This document shows positions 35,601 to 47,757 of a stretch of 64,000 nucleotides of DNA, piece after piece. A program made the translations under genes and the position numbers. Origin of the DNA: Microbotryum violaceum. Lineage: Eukaryota. The notes under the pieces are model-generated. The model did no database searches and was not told where the DNA came from. It worked only from the letters and a program-made list of their open reading frames with translations. The DNA lies in assembly GCA_001244265.2 (NCBI GenBank), contig CDLV01000014.1, forward strand, positions 1,178,001 to 1,242,000, read 5' to 3'. The first letter of the stretch is position 1. Each line of letters begins with the position of its first letter.

Positions 35601-37665
35601 TTGGATTAAGGCGGGGGTTGAATTTGACTTGGCATCCCCAGCTGTGGGCGTATGCATGGAAGACGCTCGTGGCAAACTCGAGTCGTTCGAAGAGCGCAGG
35701 CACTAGCTGCCTCTGAGAAAGGCGAGAACAGCAGCGAACCAATTAGTTAGTAACGCTTGGGAGGGTAAGCGGCAAGGCGCTCGATACTGACCGTCTCGAT
35801 GTGGTGCTTGAAGTTACAAGCAATGTCATACAAGACTCCGATCCTGGTTTCTGTCGGAACGTGCTTGGAAATCTGGTTGACAATCGCTAGTGCAAAATCC
35901 AGCCTTGATGATCGGCGGAAGAACCCTGGACTTCAGCGGAATGGAATGGAATGAAAGTGAAAGTGATCAAGTCCAAGACAGCTACACACTCACTTTTCAC
36001 CCAAACCCTCAAGGTTCACCATTGCTAGTGCGATGTCATGGCGGCACACGCCTGCGACAAGCCCCGTGTCGATCTTGCGCTTCGAAAGTTTGTCAGAGCC
36101 CCCGTCGGCGGCCTTCCATGACTCTGTGCACGCCTTCGGAAGTGTATGGCGCGGTGAGTTGGGTACCCAACGCACCTGGTAAGTTCATCACGTTACTGAC
36201 CATTTTCTTTGGATTGGATGTCTTGTCGACATTTTCTTTCATTCTCAGGACGGCTTCATCGGTCAAAAACAGGCTCGGCACGATCCCTTGGACGTCGTAA
36301 ATCGAATTATCCTCCCGGGTCTATTGAAAATTTCCATCAAGCGCGATCATGTAGTCCAATTGGAGTTCGTGATGGGATCTGTTGAGTCGTTTCGGCCCGA
36401 AACACGCGGGGCATTTGTTGGCCAAAGCCTCGACAGTGCCCAACATAACGTCTCCGGTGTCGCTCTCGAGTATTTGGACGGCGCGAAATTCGTCAATCGC
36501 CCGCTGTAATTGCTTCCGCAGTTCTTTGTCCTAAAATCAACGGGAACGCAAGCTATAAGCGAGCATTCGCCCCATAACTATGAAACAGGATCGATACTCA
36601 CATATGGGTGCCGATAATTATGCTTAGTTCCCCACCCACACCGCATGAAGTACAATTCGAGGCCATCGGCGTAGCCGGTGACGGCGTGTGGACTAACTTT
36701 CCAACACGCTTCGGCGAACTCAATCAGTCGGAACGAAAAGGCGGACTCGGGTCTAGCAGCGGTCGATGCAATGAATCCGAGTTGGGCCAAGCGTACGACG
36801 TCGGCAACACAAGGTGGTTCGGAGGCGCAGAAGGTAAGTGCCAGCGGGTAGACTGAGAATGTGGTGCAGAGGCAGTCACGTGTCAGAACGAGATACCCGG
36901 GTCAAAGGCGTGTCAACGGGCATCAAGCAAGCGACGAATGCGGTTCATATTAAACCTACATGCAATCACGTCGTATAGGACCACCTTGCGAGTAATGGCA
37001 TGTTCGTGTTGGCAGTTGCATGGTGAAGGAGCAGCTGAGTCGTCTTCGTCATCTTCCGAGACGAGTGGCCGAAGGCGGCCATGGGTGCGGGTTCGGCAGG
37101 CGAGATACTGCCCTATCATAGAAGCGCGCTGACTTTCGCGTAGTTTGGCCTCGGCCGAGATGAACTTGAGATAGCCGTCTCGTTTGGGGGGAAGAGGTGA
37201 ATCCGATGTGCGTGGTGGGGGGAGAACTGCCTCTGCGAGTTCTTGGTGCGTCGGGCGTTGTAAGTCCGGGTCGGGTGAGTATCTGAAGTGGTCGGAGGAA
37301 TCCATGCCACCTTGATCCTCATACTCGTAGTCCTGATGCTCCCATGGCCCTGTTGACTGCCCATCGGCGAAATCACCTTGGGCGAAGTCGAGATCGTTGA
37401 CCAAGACGGAGGTAGAGACGGAGCTCGAGGTGACGGGGACGGGTTGATTTGTGGTGGTGTTGACGCCGGACGTCGCAGATGCGGTGTGGCTCGACTGTGC
37501 ATCGGCCCTCCTCGGCCTCTTGCGCCCACCCTTGTCGACGAACCTGTGTCCCGCGTGCACGTGGACCAGAGGCACATCGGCATATTGGTCAGGGCAGTCG
37601 GGATGGTCGAGGTAGTCCGAAGGCTTCACCCGGGGGAAGCGAGGCTTCAACCGCGAGGTTGGCAT
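32655..37665 (-). pseudogene. Kyakuja-Dileera-Zisupton (KDZ) transposase with CxC-type Cys cluster, multi-exon, inactivated
   Basis: QLGFIASTAARPESAFSFRL (CxC region); DTGLVAGVCRHD...GEK; YDIAC; FHAYAHSWGCQ...NPR; GLTDGEGCERLWS after a 1-bp frameshift near 35597; WATDVLVKRGI...DRADEE; acidic tail. Interrupted by a MITE. Confidence 0.88.
33046..34062. mobile_element. Non-autonomous TIR element (1017 bp), hAT- or P-type
   Basis: 20-bp TIR CAAGGCTACGCTTAAGCTTA, 8-bp TSD CTGCCGGC (33038-33045, 34063-34070) and TAGTTA/TAACTA subterminal arrays. Removal restores the KDZ frame (EPMPA|ALATFA). Confidence 0.92.
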
Positions 37666-38356
37666 GCTTGCTGAGTAGGACAGGTTCGGGTGTGAGACTA
37701 TAGAAGTAGTCGACTACTCACGTCAGGTCGTTGGTTCAGCAAGCAAGCCATCGAGAGCATGGAGCTGACCGCCACGGCGCGCGGGCTGCAAGCTCCCTCC
37801 GTTATTCACGTGTTTCAATGCTGGGTTTTGCTCCCCCCCGTCAGCCCGGGCAAGTTCAAGTTGACGAGCACAAAGGGTACTGCACATCATTTCACTCAGC
37901 TCACATATAGCCTTCTATTCAATTTAGTGCGCCTAGTCGTGTCATACCGAGTTCATTGTAAGTGTATGTAGTGACTATGACATAGTTGCAGGCTTGACCT
38001 GGGCCCCGGTCCCGGGGCAACGTTGCTCCCGCCGGGAGTCGGAACACCGTTTCGACCGGCCCAGGATGCCGATCCGATCGGTTTTTTTCGCCGCTGCGCG
38101 GCGCGATTAAGATCGTCCCTTCTTTTGTCTGCCCGAGATGTATACCATCCCTCTACCAAGCTTTCCCCGGGCCAAAAAACCGAAAAGCTGCCTTATCGCG
38201 CGTGCGCGCACGAGTTCATTTGGCTGGCTGAATGGACCTGCCGATCTGGACCGGGGCCGCTTACCGTTCCTCCGACTTGCCGATCGAAAACACGCGGCTT
38301 GGACCCCCGCTCACCCCAGCACACTACGCTTCGCATCGACGTCACCGCAGCAACAA

Positions 38357-40061
38357 ATGGAATTTCTATCGGACGTTGGGGGGGGCGAGGACCGCCACCG
38401 ACCCTCCTTCTTCGAGCTTGCTGCCCAAGGTAGACTGGCCGGCAGAACCCTGGCTCCCCACCGCCGTCGCTAACCAGCTGACACGAGGTCCGATTGTTAC
38501 GTATCTCTTGCCGCACAGAACAACTGCGCGACTTACTTGCACCCGTCGTTCGATATATACTCTCGGTACGCTTGCCAGCTGCGACTTAGAATTGTGCATG
38601 GCACCGTGCATGCGCGCCATCGTGTAAGGGTTACTGATGGGAGTTGTCGCTCTCGCAATAGGTCTTTGCGCAGCGCAATCCTCGTTATCTGCTGTGGATT
38701 GTCAATCGGCACGACGAGTTCTTTGCCGTCGTTATGTTTTTCGTGGAGCGCCACTACCTTAAGGCCTGGGGTACGTGACAAGCTAGCCGGACCGACCGCT
38801 GTTACTCACGTGACCTTCTCGCCGCTCCGCGATCCTCCTCGGCATGCCAGGTGCTTCGTTCGCGGAGAACTTTTACGGCCTCAAACGAAGACGAGTGCTC
38901 GGTACCGGCTCGGACAAGACTAAAGCCGCGGTTGGATTGACCGGTCGGAGTGACAAGCTCGGCAAGGCCGAAATCCGCGCTTCTCTCATCTTCCTCGTAA
39001 GTTTGTTGTACTCGGCTGTTGGAGAGGACAATCAGTTTTCCTTCCCCTCTTTACATATGTATACATGCTGCTAATACACCTGAATCTACGTTTATGGAGC
39101 CCCCCAGATATTTGTGCCATACCTTCGAAGCAAAGGGCAAGAATCATACGAGCGACTCGGTGGCGGGGTCGACTCGGACCTGTTTAGCGACACACCCGCT
39201 GGCCAACGATCGCAGTTGGGGACATCATCGCGAGTGAGCCCGAGTAATCCGTCGCACATCAATATCATGAGTACTCGTGGCCACCCGTCTGACGATTATG
39301 TGCATGCTTGCGTGGCGGCTGCGTTGCAGAGCTACCTCGACGCCGCCTCTGGAGTCTTTAAAAGCATTCACCCGTACGCGAATGCAGCGTACGAGTTGTA
39401 CCTTCTTTCGTACAGTGTTCGATACCTTTTCAACAGTAATCCTTTCTGGCGCCCGTGGTTCTCCTGGATGTCGATTGAGGTTCGTCGGATGTCAGCCGAA
39501 GACTACGTGAGCGCGCCCCCCTCCTGCCCACAGAAAAAATCGGCCCACTCACTCCGTACTGACCAAACGCATGCCACGACTATAACGCAGCGAGCGGCGC
39601 ACGAAACAACATCAAACCTTCTGTCGTCACCGATCCGCCGGCACCACACCACGGGCTTGCCACCGTCCAACGCTACTGTCATGCGGCGCAGCCTTTCCCT
39701 TATTCCACTATTGTCATTCGAGGCCCTCAAGTTTTTGTTACCAACCTCAATCTTCTTCTTCCGATTTCTGGAATGGTGGTACTCTCCAGAAGGAGGCTAC
39801 GGGAGGCTGCGCAGGAAAGGCGGGGCAGGGGCAGAAGGGAAAGCTTTGCGAGCCCCTCCGCAAGGGCCATTGTTGAAGGATTACGCAGCGGAGATGGGCA
39901 TGTGTTGCGTTCACAACGGACCGATGGTCAATCCGACTGCATTACCAACTGGGTGGCTTGGGTGTTACAAATGTGTGCATGGATGGGTGGAGGAAGAGGG
40001 GGCTTGTCCAGTCACTGGGAGTGCGGTCGCACTGAGGGAATTGAGGAAAATCCTAGGTTGA
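38357..40061 (+). CDS. PEX12: Peroxin-12, peroxisomal RING ubiquitin ligase subunit, multi-exon
   Basis: RPSFFELAAQ; AQRNPRYLL; SFAENFYGLKR; LLPTSIFFFRFLEWWYS; degenerate RING NPTALPTG...CYKC...CPVT. Confidence 0.93.
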
Positions 40062-40122
40062 CTCCAGGAGAATTTGTTCTCGCGTGAACGGTATATTGCA
40101 CGTTTGGTCGCCAGCTCAATGG

Positions 40123-42592
40123 CTACGCGCCTCCCCCTCCGTACCGCTGGAACCGTACTGGTGTTGACGGGTGGCTCGGCGGCGTGCGTAGAGGTACACT
40201 GGGCCGTGCTGGCGGAGGAGGGTTGATACGATTTTCAATGCCCAAAAGTGCACATAGCGCTTCTGTCTGCGGATTCGTGTACCAAGTTGCTGCAGAATCT
40301 CGATGCAATCAAGGAATCAGTTTGCGCATATATGGTCGCGAGAACACGGAGCCGACGCACGGATTGGACTGTCCCACCCTGGCTCCCCAAATCCGGGAGC
40401 GGTCCTGGAGAACTGCTGCACTTGTGCGATCTCGATACAACCCCGATTCGGCACATTCTCAGTGATCCAGGCGTGAGCCTGAGCTACAAGCTCATCGAGT
40501 CGTGCGGGCGGGGGAAGAGGGGTCCCTCGTCGATGTATAGAGAGGAAGGGCGCGAACGCCTTCACAATCGACAACCAATGTGGGTCAAACTGCAGCTGTG
40601 GCTGCTTGCGGTCGGCATTCGATCCGTTTTCCGTCGCAAAAGTGGCGCAGGACGTATGCGTAAACTCTTTCCGATCTTTCGATGCCATGTGTGATGTTTG
40701 AGGCTCTGCAATATCTACAACCTAACATCAGGAGTTGGCAGAAAGAGCAGATCAGTTCTTGGAGCGAGCCAGAGTGGGCTCCGGAGAGGCTGGGAGGGCT
40801 TACTTGCAAGAATCCCGTGCGGGCTCCTGGCTTGCTCAAAGCGAGGAACCGTGTCGTACGAGCTGAAGCGCCTGCCGGCTCTGCGGTCTCCGAGGCCTCT
40901 TCAGACGACACGATCTTGACATCCTTGCCTGAATGTACGGCACTGCCGCCGTCTTCAATCTCCAATGAACAATCAAGCGGATGATTTACGTCTTCACCGT
41001 CAATTGGATCGTGGTGGCCGGCCGGTTTTGCACCTTCATCGTTTTCCATGACCATTTGATCTAGATTGCCGACTACTCGGCTTTCCCCATGAAGTTGTTC
41101 GGGGGAAAGCACCGCCGAGGAGGCAAGCTCACCCTCAACGCCACTAACTCTGCCAGTTTGTGCGTCACTAGAATGACCTGCCTCATCATCATCATCATCG
41201 TCGTCGTTATCATCCATCGTGATCTCGTCTGGATTAGATTGAGTCGCCGGGGGCAGAGTTTGAGGGGCCGAGTTCGAGGTCAAAGTCGGAGACTGCGGAG
41301 ACAGCGGAGACAACGCTGCCAGGTGGTCGACCCACGCGGCAAACTTGACGTGCAAGTGGGCAGAGAACCAATATGACGGGCGAAGCCGGCTCAGAAGATG
41401 CTTCAAGGGTGGAGAGCCGAGCGAGTTGGATGCAATCTGCACGTGTGGTTTTGCGGAGGATGATTGGAGCCGAATGTGCTAGTGCTGGAAAGCTCGCCGT
41501 GGAAGCGGTAAAACTGACCTCGTCTTTGAAGAACGGTTTCTGTCGGATGAGAGCCGCCGTATTGCCGAATCTTTCGATGCCCAAAGGCCAGTCATGAGAA
41601 AGAAAGATGTCTACCTGGGGACCTTGGGTTTCGAGCTGCTCCACAACTCATCGATGGTTAGCACGGCAGCAGCCGGATGAGCACCCCATCATCCTGGAAC
41701 GGATCCACAGGGGAGCCGGCGGTCGACGTACTTGCGTCAATCGGGCGACTTCGTACTCCCGAATATGGTACACCGATCTAATCGTGCTGTCATCGAATGG
41801 AACGGTCTCAAAGTGCCCTACAACGGCGATGAGCGAGGGCGATGTTGGTTCAGTGGGCGACCATCCGCCACGAGGCCGGCTTCTGGCAAGCACTCTGCGA
41901 CTGACCCTTCTTGAAGTCGGGAGCCTTCCAGATCCCACTCGCGCCAGCTATCCTGAGCCAGCCATCGACCAAGATACAACCTGCAAATCCGAGGAAGTAG
42001 ATGTCCGGTGCGAGCCAGCCTCCATGAAAACTTTTGCATGCTCAGATCAGATCCCAATCAGCCCGCCTGCTTGATGCTGAGCCAGTCAAGGTCTGGCCTT
42101 GCACACAACTCACCATTCCCACATGTAGCCAGAGCTCTCGTGATTACCCCCGATGACGATCGTCAAACATCGCGCTCGCTTTTGCTCCGAGTAGTAGTGT
42201 GAGAAGTCCCCAAGAGACCGGTACTTAGGAGGACATGCCATCGCGTGCAAGTCTGATGGGCAGCGCATCGCCTATCGGAAAGATGATGTTCAGTCGAAAC
42301 AGTCTCTGCATTTGTGCACAACAATTCGTGGGAAGTCGCCTGGCGCCTCCCTCGGCCGTGACCGCTGGGCTTCACCGCGAGGTGACCAGCTCCAGCGAAC
42401 ACGAGAAACATCGTAACGGCGTTCACATGCATCGAATGGCAATTAGCCGACACTGACCTGGAAGTCCCCACAGCACAGTAGGAGCTCTATCCCTGCTTCG
42501 CCTTTGACTTGTGATTCAGTGTTGCAGCGCTCGACCGAGGCGTAGATGTCGTCCAGAGAGCCATGAGAACAGCCTACGACAGCGACGCGCAT
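40123..42592 (-). CDS. DBR1: RNA lariat debranching enzyme, multi-exon
   Basis: [47 protein letters not shown]...[29 protein letters not shown]. Confidence 0.93.
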
Positions 42593-42745
42593 TATATCCG
42601 TGGGTCAACCCGCGGTACTTCGATAATTAAGGAGTCGATGGCAGTGCTGACTTAGGTGGTGGTCGATCCGGTTCGCAAGCCGAAGGAAAGGGGGCAGCGC
42701 AAGCACAAGCTGCCAGAGACTCAAACCAGCTCACGGCACCGGGAG

Positions 42746-42774
42746 AGGACCCCCGAAAGCCCAGCCTGAGGCGC
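42746..42774 (+). repeat. Orphan TIR of the P-like/Ulp1 transposon family
   Basis: AGGACCCCCGAAAGCCCAGCCTGAGGCGC matches the TIRs at 19284, 27071, 53064 and 59621. Confidence 0.85.
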
Positions 42775-43129
42775 GTACTGCAGCAGAGGCTGATCCTGGC
42801 TGATCGATAGAGCTGCTGATCAAGGGCTGTTGAGAGGCGCTCCCAAAGTCCCACGTGCTATTGATGCTTCAAAGCGACCTCTTGCTAACAAACAGGAATG
42901 AGCAAGGAAGTGTTAGAAGCCCCTCGACTTGGAAAGATCGGACAGTACCGGTTTCTTTCAAGGTGAGCAAGGGCTAGTTAGCTCAAGCTCACGCAGGCCT
43001 GATCAGGTAGAATCTCCTCAAAAGCACCTCTTTCACAGTACCTTTCGAAAGATGTGACGAAATAGTACAGCCCAGGATAGGGAGAAAAAGAAGAGGCATC
43101 CTCCTGATCTCTATATCATACTATCGCGG

Positions 43130-44466
43130 TCAGCCCGCCGCGGTAAAAACAGGGTCGCCTTTCTCGTCAACCCAAACGAGATGGGCGGCCAGCAAAAATC
43201 TGTCGTCTTCGGGCCCCATGCGAGCCATTGCGACCGTGACCAAACCAAGTAACCGTCGAACGCGTAGAGCATAGTGGCTATCGCATGAGACTCGTATAAG
43301 TTCTGGCCAGTCCAGTGACCTTTGTGCCGCCGGAGCTGAAACGGGACTTGATCGGAAGGTGCACTTTGCGTTGAGTTGCCCCAGATCCGTCCGGCCTCCG
43401 AGACTCGTCACGACCGACCAAAGTGCGCGCACTCGCGCATCAGTCCAAACGATCGGTGGGGGGAGACTGTGTCGCTGCCCGCGCATGGTGGTCTCCGTGG
43501 TTGAGCGCGTTACGTAACCACATGGAACCATCGTCGGAAAAGGGTCCGAATGACACGTCGCCCATTTGGATCCCGATGAACGTGGGATAGGCAGAGAGAA
43601 CGACACTGGAACAAGCCATGCACCACGGTGACCGAGGCCCAGTCTGGTCATGGCCTCGCCGGATGACATGGTGCCGCCTTGCCGAGTTTCGTCATGCCCC
43701 TTGAACGATTCGAGGGCACTGAGCTTCGTGAAGGTACGGTCGACGTCGACAAAAGAATGGGCAATTATGCTAGCATGCTCCCTGATCGGCTCCTCCTGGG
43801 TCGGCCACAAACGCTCGACGGTGAAGTATGGCTATGGCACCGAGTCGTCGAAAATCAGCCATGTGGAATCGCCCACTTGATGGAGCTCGACGCGCCGACA
43901 CAGACAGTTAGACTCACAGGCGTAATGCACCGGGGCAGCCAGCTCTGCTGGGCCAGGTCGCCATTATATTGGGCCTGGGTCACAACCGGCGATGTAGATT
44001 TGACCGATGACGATTCTGGGTTCGCTGTGATAGTTTGGGCAGTGTGCACGGTCGGACCCAGGGCGACGCTTGCTGGTACGGGTAAGCCAGGGTGAGACAG
44101 ATCAGCCGGCGTTGGACGTCTGGCTCGAGATCAGATTGAGAGGAACCCACTGGACTGGTGCTGGGCATATGGCAGCACTTGCCTCGCCCGATGGAGCATG
44201 GCATGGGACAAGATGAATTGCGCTCGATCGAGATCCCTTGGTTGTACCCGGTCTGCTTGGGTCCAGATGCATACTGATGTCGGGTACGCAGTTGGCTCGT
44301 CGTCTTGCATGATTAAGAAGGGAGAATTAGCGCTAAGGTGCGGCTGAGTGCGATGTAGTGCCAGAGGCGATCCTGTCGAGTTGGCGCATAGTCTGTCCGA
44401 GTTCACAAGCAAGACTGCCCGCTGTTCCTCGCTGGTCACCTTCGGGCTGCCGATTGGGGACGACAA
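43130..44466 (-). CDS. Hypothetical protein, probably multi-exon
   Basis: Successive minus-strand ORFs in a gene-dense, TE-free block, with a last exon of 226 codons. No family recognised and the start is uncertain. Confidence 0.5.
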
Positions 44467-45020
44467 CTCTCCAAGAGTACACAGTGGTCAGTCCGATGCC
44501 GCTTTTGAGGCAGGGGCCACCGGCTGTGGAAAAAGCGGGCGGCCTGGCGACTGGACAGTGGAGACCGACCTGACCCGCCGGCACGTAGCGGCATGCGCAG
44601 TTGAACCCTGTTGAACCCTATTGAACCGTCGGCCTATTCTACCTCTATATAATACTTTTATATTGTATTCTACATTTATTCTACATCTGTATAATAATCG
44701 CCTTCACCCATTAAGGTTTTCACGCGCCAGGAGGTGCGAACGGAGCTTGCAATGTCACGCAGGGAGGGGCTGGGAGGGGGGCGCTGTGCGCCCCGGGCCC
44801 TGAGTCACAGCCTATAACTGCCTACTAATAGTAGCTGCATTAACACTTGCCTATCAGCCCATGAAACGCGCCACTCCGTATTACTGTCCCTTCCTAAGGT
44901 CCTTCCTATCCTTCCCTATCTAGCCTCTCTCAAACGCTTGTTCCGACGATCGGCAACCGCGAGTCATCTCTCCGCAGGGAACGCCGCTCAATCCAAACCT
45001 GATTCAACCCTAATCCAAGT

Positions 45021-46012
45021 ATGTCATTTTCATCGGGTCCCGATAATGCAAATCCGGTCGTACACACGACGCCTTCGTCACGTCGGTGTCGGTCTTTGGC
45101 CCGGGTCCGCCACCTCGAACTGGACGACGACAACGACTGGTTGACGCCGAACGGTGCCTCTGGTGCCACGTCCCCGCCATCGACACTTGACACTATTGTC
45201 GCCCGAGTAGAACACATGCCAGGGTCCACAGAGGCCATCGACTCCGACGAGATCTTTGGTCAGCCCTTGTCCTCAAGTGGGATACCGGTTGAGCACGTGA
45301 TGACGAGGAGCACGGAGCAACTAGCTGACACCAATCCGCGGGGCATTACTTGGGACCACAGATCTGATCCGTTCCATCACGGATCCCGAACATCCTTTGA
45401 CGCTAGAACAACTCGCCGTCGTTTCGGCACCGCAGATCCATGTGACTGACGGCGCTCGGCCGAGTGTCCGCGTCGAGTTCACCCCAACAATCCCGCACTG
45501 TTCGATGGCCACCCTCATTGGTGAGCTCCGCCGCAGAATAGTCTCGCAGTCATCCACTTCATGGCTGTTCTATGGCATATGGACATGGCTCACGTCGATG
45601 TGGTCGGGTGCGCAGGCCTGTCGTTACGCGTACGACTGTTGCGAAGTTTGCCCGAACGTTTCAAGGTCGATATCAAAGTCAAAGAGGGCTCTCACCAGAG
45701 CGAAAATGCAGGTACGTGGAGTCTCTTTTCTTTATCTCACGGGGTACCGCGTGAATCTGACTTGCGCTCGTCGTGCCGCGGGCCATGTGCACAATCCCGC
45801 GCAGTCAACAAGCAATTGAACGACAAGGAACGAGTCGCCGGTGAGTGCAACAGCGGCCACTTTCTCCTTGTACTCCCATCTGAAGCCATCCTTGCAACCC
45901 TTTGCGCGACGTTGTCCTCTGGCCTGACTCAGCCGCGCTTGAGAACTCGCACTTGGTCTCGGTCGTTCAGCAATGCCTGTCGACTGCCGACTATCGTGGC
46001 CGAGTTCTCTGA
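45021..46012 (+). CDS. CIA2: MIP18/FAM96 family cytosolic Fe-S assembly protein, multi-exon
   Basis: [70 protein letters not shown]. Confidence 0.95.
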
Positions 46013-46434
46013 AGACCGACATCTGGTCAAGTAGCGCATCTAGAGTGGTCGGTTGCCATTACGTGCACTCGAATCTGCATATGCGTGGCCTGCATAGCCT
46101 TCTCGACAACGCGACCTTCGAAAAATTGACTTCGTGCATTGTTCGAAGACATGCCGAGCCATGGTCGCCCAAACACGTTGCACAAAGTGCTTCGCCATTT
46201 GTTCTGTCCCGCGAGCCGAGCAGGAGTGTGCTTGTGCTCCTTAGTGTACCTGTATTGCAGTAGAGCTCGAAGATTATCTCTGCGACCTTGATCCGTCTAA
46301 TGTAAGATCAGTCAGATGTCTGAATAAGGATTCCGGGCGTCAACGCCTTCAAGAAATGCGAGTTCTTAAAGAATCACGCGACGCGGGCCATCATCATTCA
46401 AGAGAGCCGTACCTTGTCAATTTGAAGAGCACAG

Positions 46435-47118
46435 TCAACCACCCCACCGAGCATGCTTCCATACCTCCCACTTCCAGCGCCACTTTCTCCTGGCCGCCTT
46501 GAGCGCAGGCCACATCATTCGGACGGTAGCCCTCCACAGTTGCGCGTTGTACATTTGGTAGGCGTGCTTGGTCGCGGCTAGGTGTTGCGCATAAAAAGAG
46601 GACAGGTCGATATCTCGCTCGTTACGGCCGGCCAGGGGATAATGTTGACACAGCCAGCGTTCTCTTGCGGCGAGGAAGTCGGCGTTTGTACGTGCCCAAA
46701 AGTTTTGGTTCAGCGCGTCGAGACGATAGAGGTTTAGACGGTACTCGAGATCCTGAGCATGGAGCTTGGCTTTGAGCGATGGGAGGTGATGTTGATGGGC
46801 TGCGAATGAAGGCGACAGCGACGAGGGCGATGGCGATGGCGATGTCGAAGGGAACTCGGCGAGGGAGTAAGGGTGCGGGGACCTTGAAGTTGACGGAGAC
46901 TCGTGCAATTCCGGGAACAAAGGCGCATAGTAGACGGGACGTAAGTTCGAGAGTGGACAAGGTGCACCGACGAGGTCGTGGACCGGTGGTTTGGCTGCGC
47001 TGGTCGCGGACGTCGGGGGAGTCCATGGTGCAGGAGGTCGGCAACGTCGTCGCACGCCGGTGGTAGTCTTGGGGGCCATTGCCAACTGATGGACGAGCTC
47101 GGTGGGACGGCCCAGCAT
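46435..47118 (-). CDS. COA8/APOPT1-like mitochondrial protein
   Basis: DLVGAPCPLSNLRPV...LNQNFWARTNADF...LSSFYAQHL...YNAQLWR. Start uncertain (47118 or 47079). Confidence 0.8.
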   Translation of the reverse strand: MLGRPTELVHQLAMAPKTTTGVRRRCRPPAPWTPPTSATSAAKPPVHDLVGAPCPLSNLRPVYYAPLFPELHESPSTSRSPHPYSLAEFPSTSPSPSPSSLSPSFAAHQHHLPSLKAKLHAQDLEYRLNLYRLDALNQNFWARTNADFLAARERWLCQHYPLAGRNERDIDLSSFYAQHLAATKHAYQMYNAQLWRATVRMMWPALKAARRKWRWKWEVWKHARWGG

Positions 47119-47757
47119 GTGCAAGCAGTCTCCTGCTAGCCGAGGATGGCAGTTCCGACACTTATTGATACACACGCTGCGTGTTAAGCGTCCAATGGGT
47201 CGATCCGAAGCGAAGCGAGGGGCGGACGAAGATGCGTCTGAGGGCAGCAGAGGGCAGCTGCATGCTGCTGCATGCTCCAACGGAGACCAAAGGAGTGCCG
47301 GGAGTGCGTGGGCACTCCGCACCACTTCGGCACAGTTCGGCACGGCCTGGCACAGCTCGGCACGGCGCCTCCTTGTGCTGCATCCCGCTCTGTCCTGCGC
47401 TCTTTGCGCTCTCTTGCGAGCTCTTGCGCGAGCCAACGCGCTGCCACTCGCCAGCGCACGCTACTACTCACTCGCTTCCTCTCGCCTTCCGTCGCCAGCC
47501 ATCGCGAGCCTGCTAGAGTTTATGACAAATCGCGCTGGGAGGCTATTTACGCGACCCGCACCAGGCCAGATTGCCACATCACACCCGCACCGAAGACTAC
47601 GAGGGCGATCACTTCACACCAACCTGCAGCAGGATACATCACGCACTAGCACGCCCTAACCAGTCCCTAGGCCCCGCCCTACCCGGCCCCGCCACGCTGC
47701 TCTCCGACGGACTGAGGCGCACACAAGTTCGCCCTCATTCTGACTATTTCGCCAACG

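Noticed and set aside
47335-47368. Four GGCAC-containing 10-bp repeats between the divergent COA8-like and SRC1-like genes
   Set aside because: Too short to distinguish a regulatory array from a TE remnant or chance.
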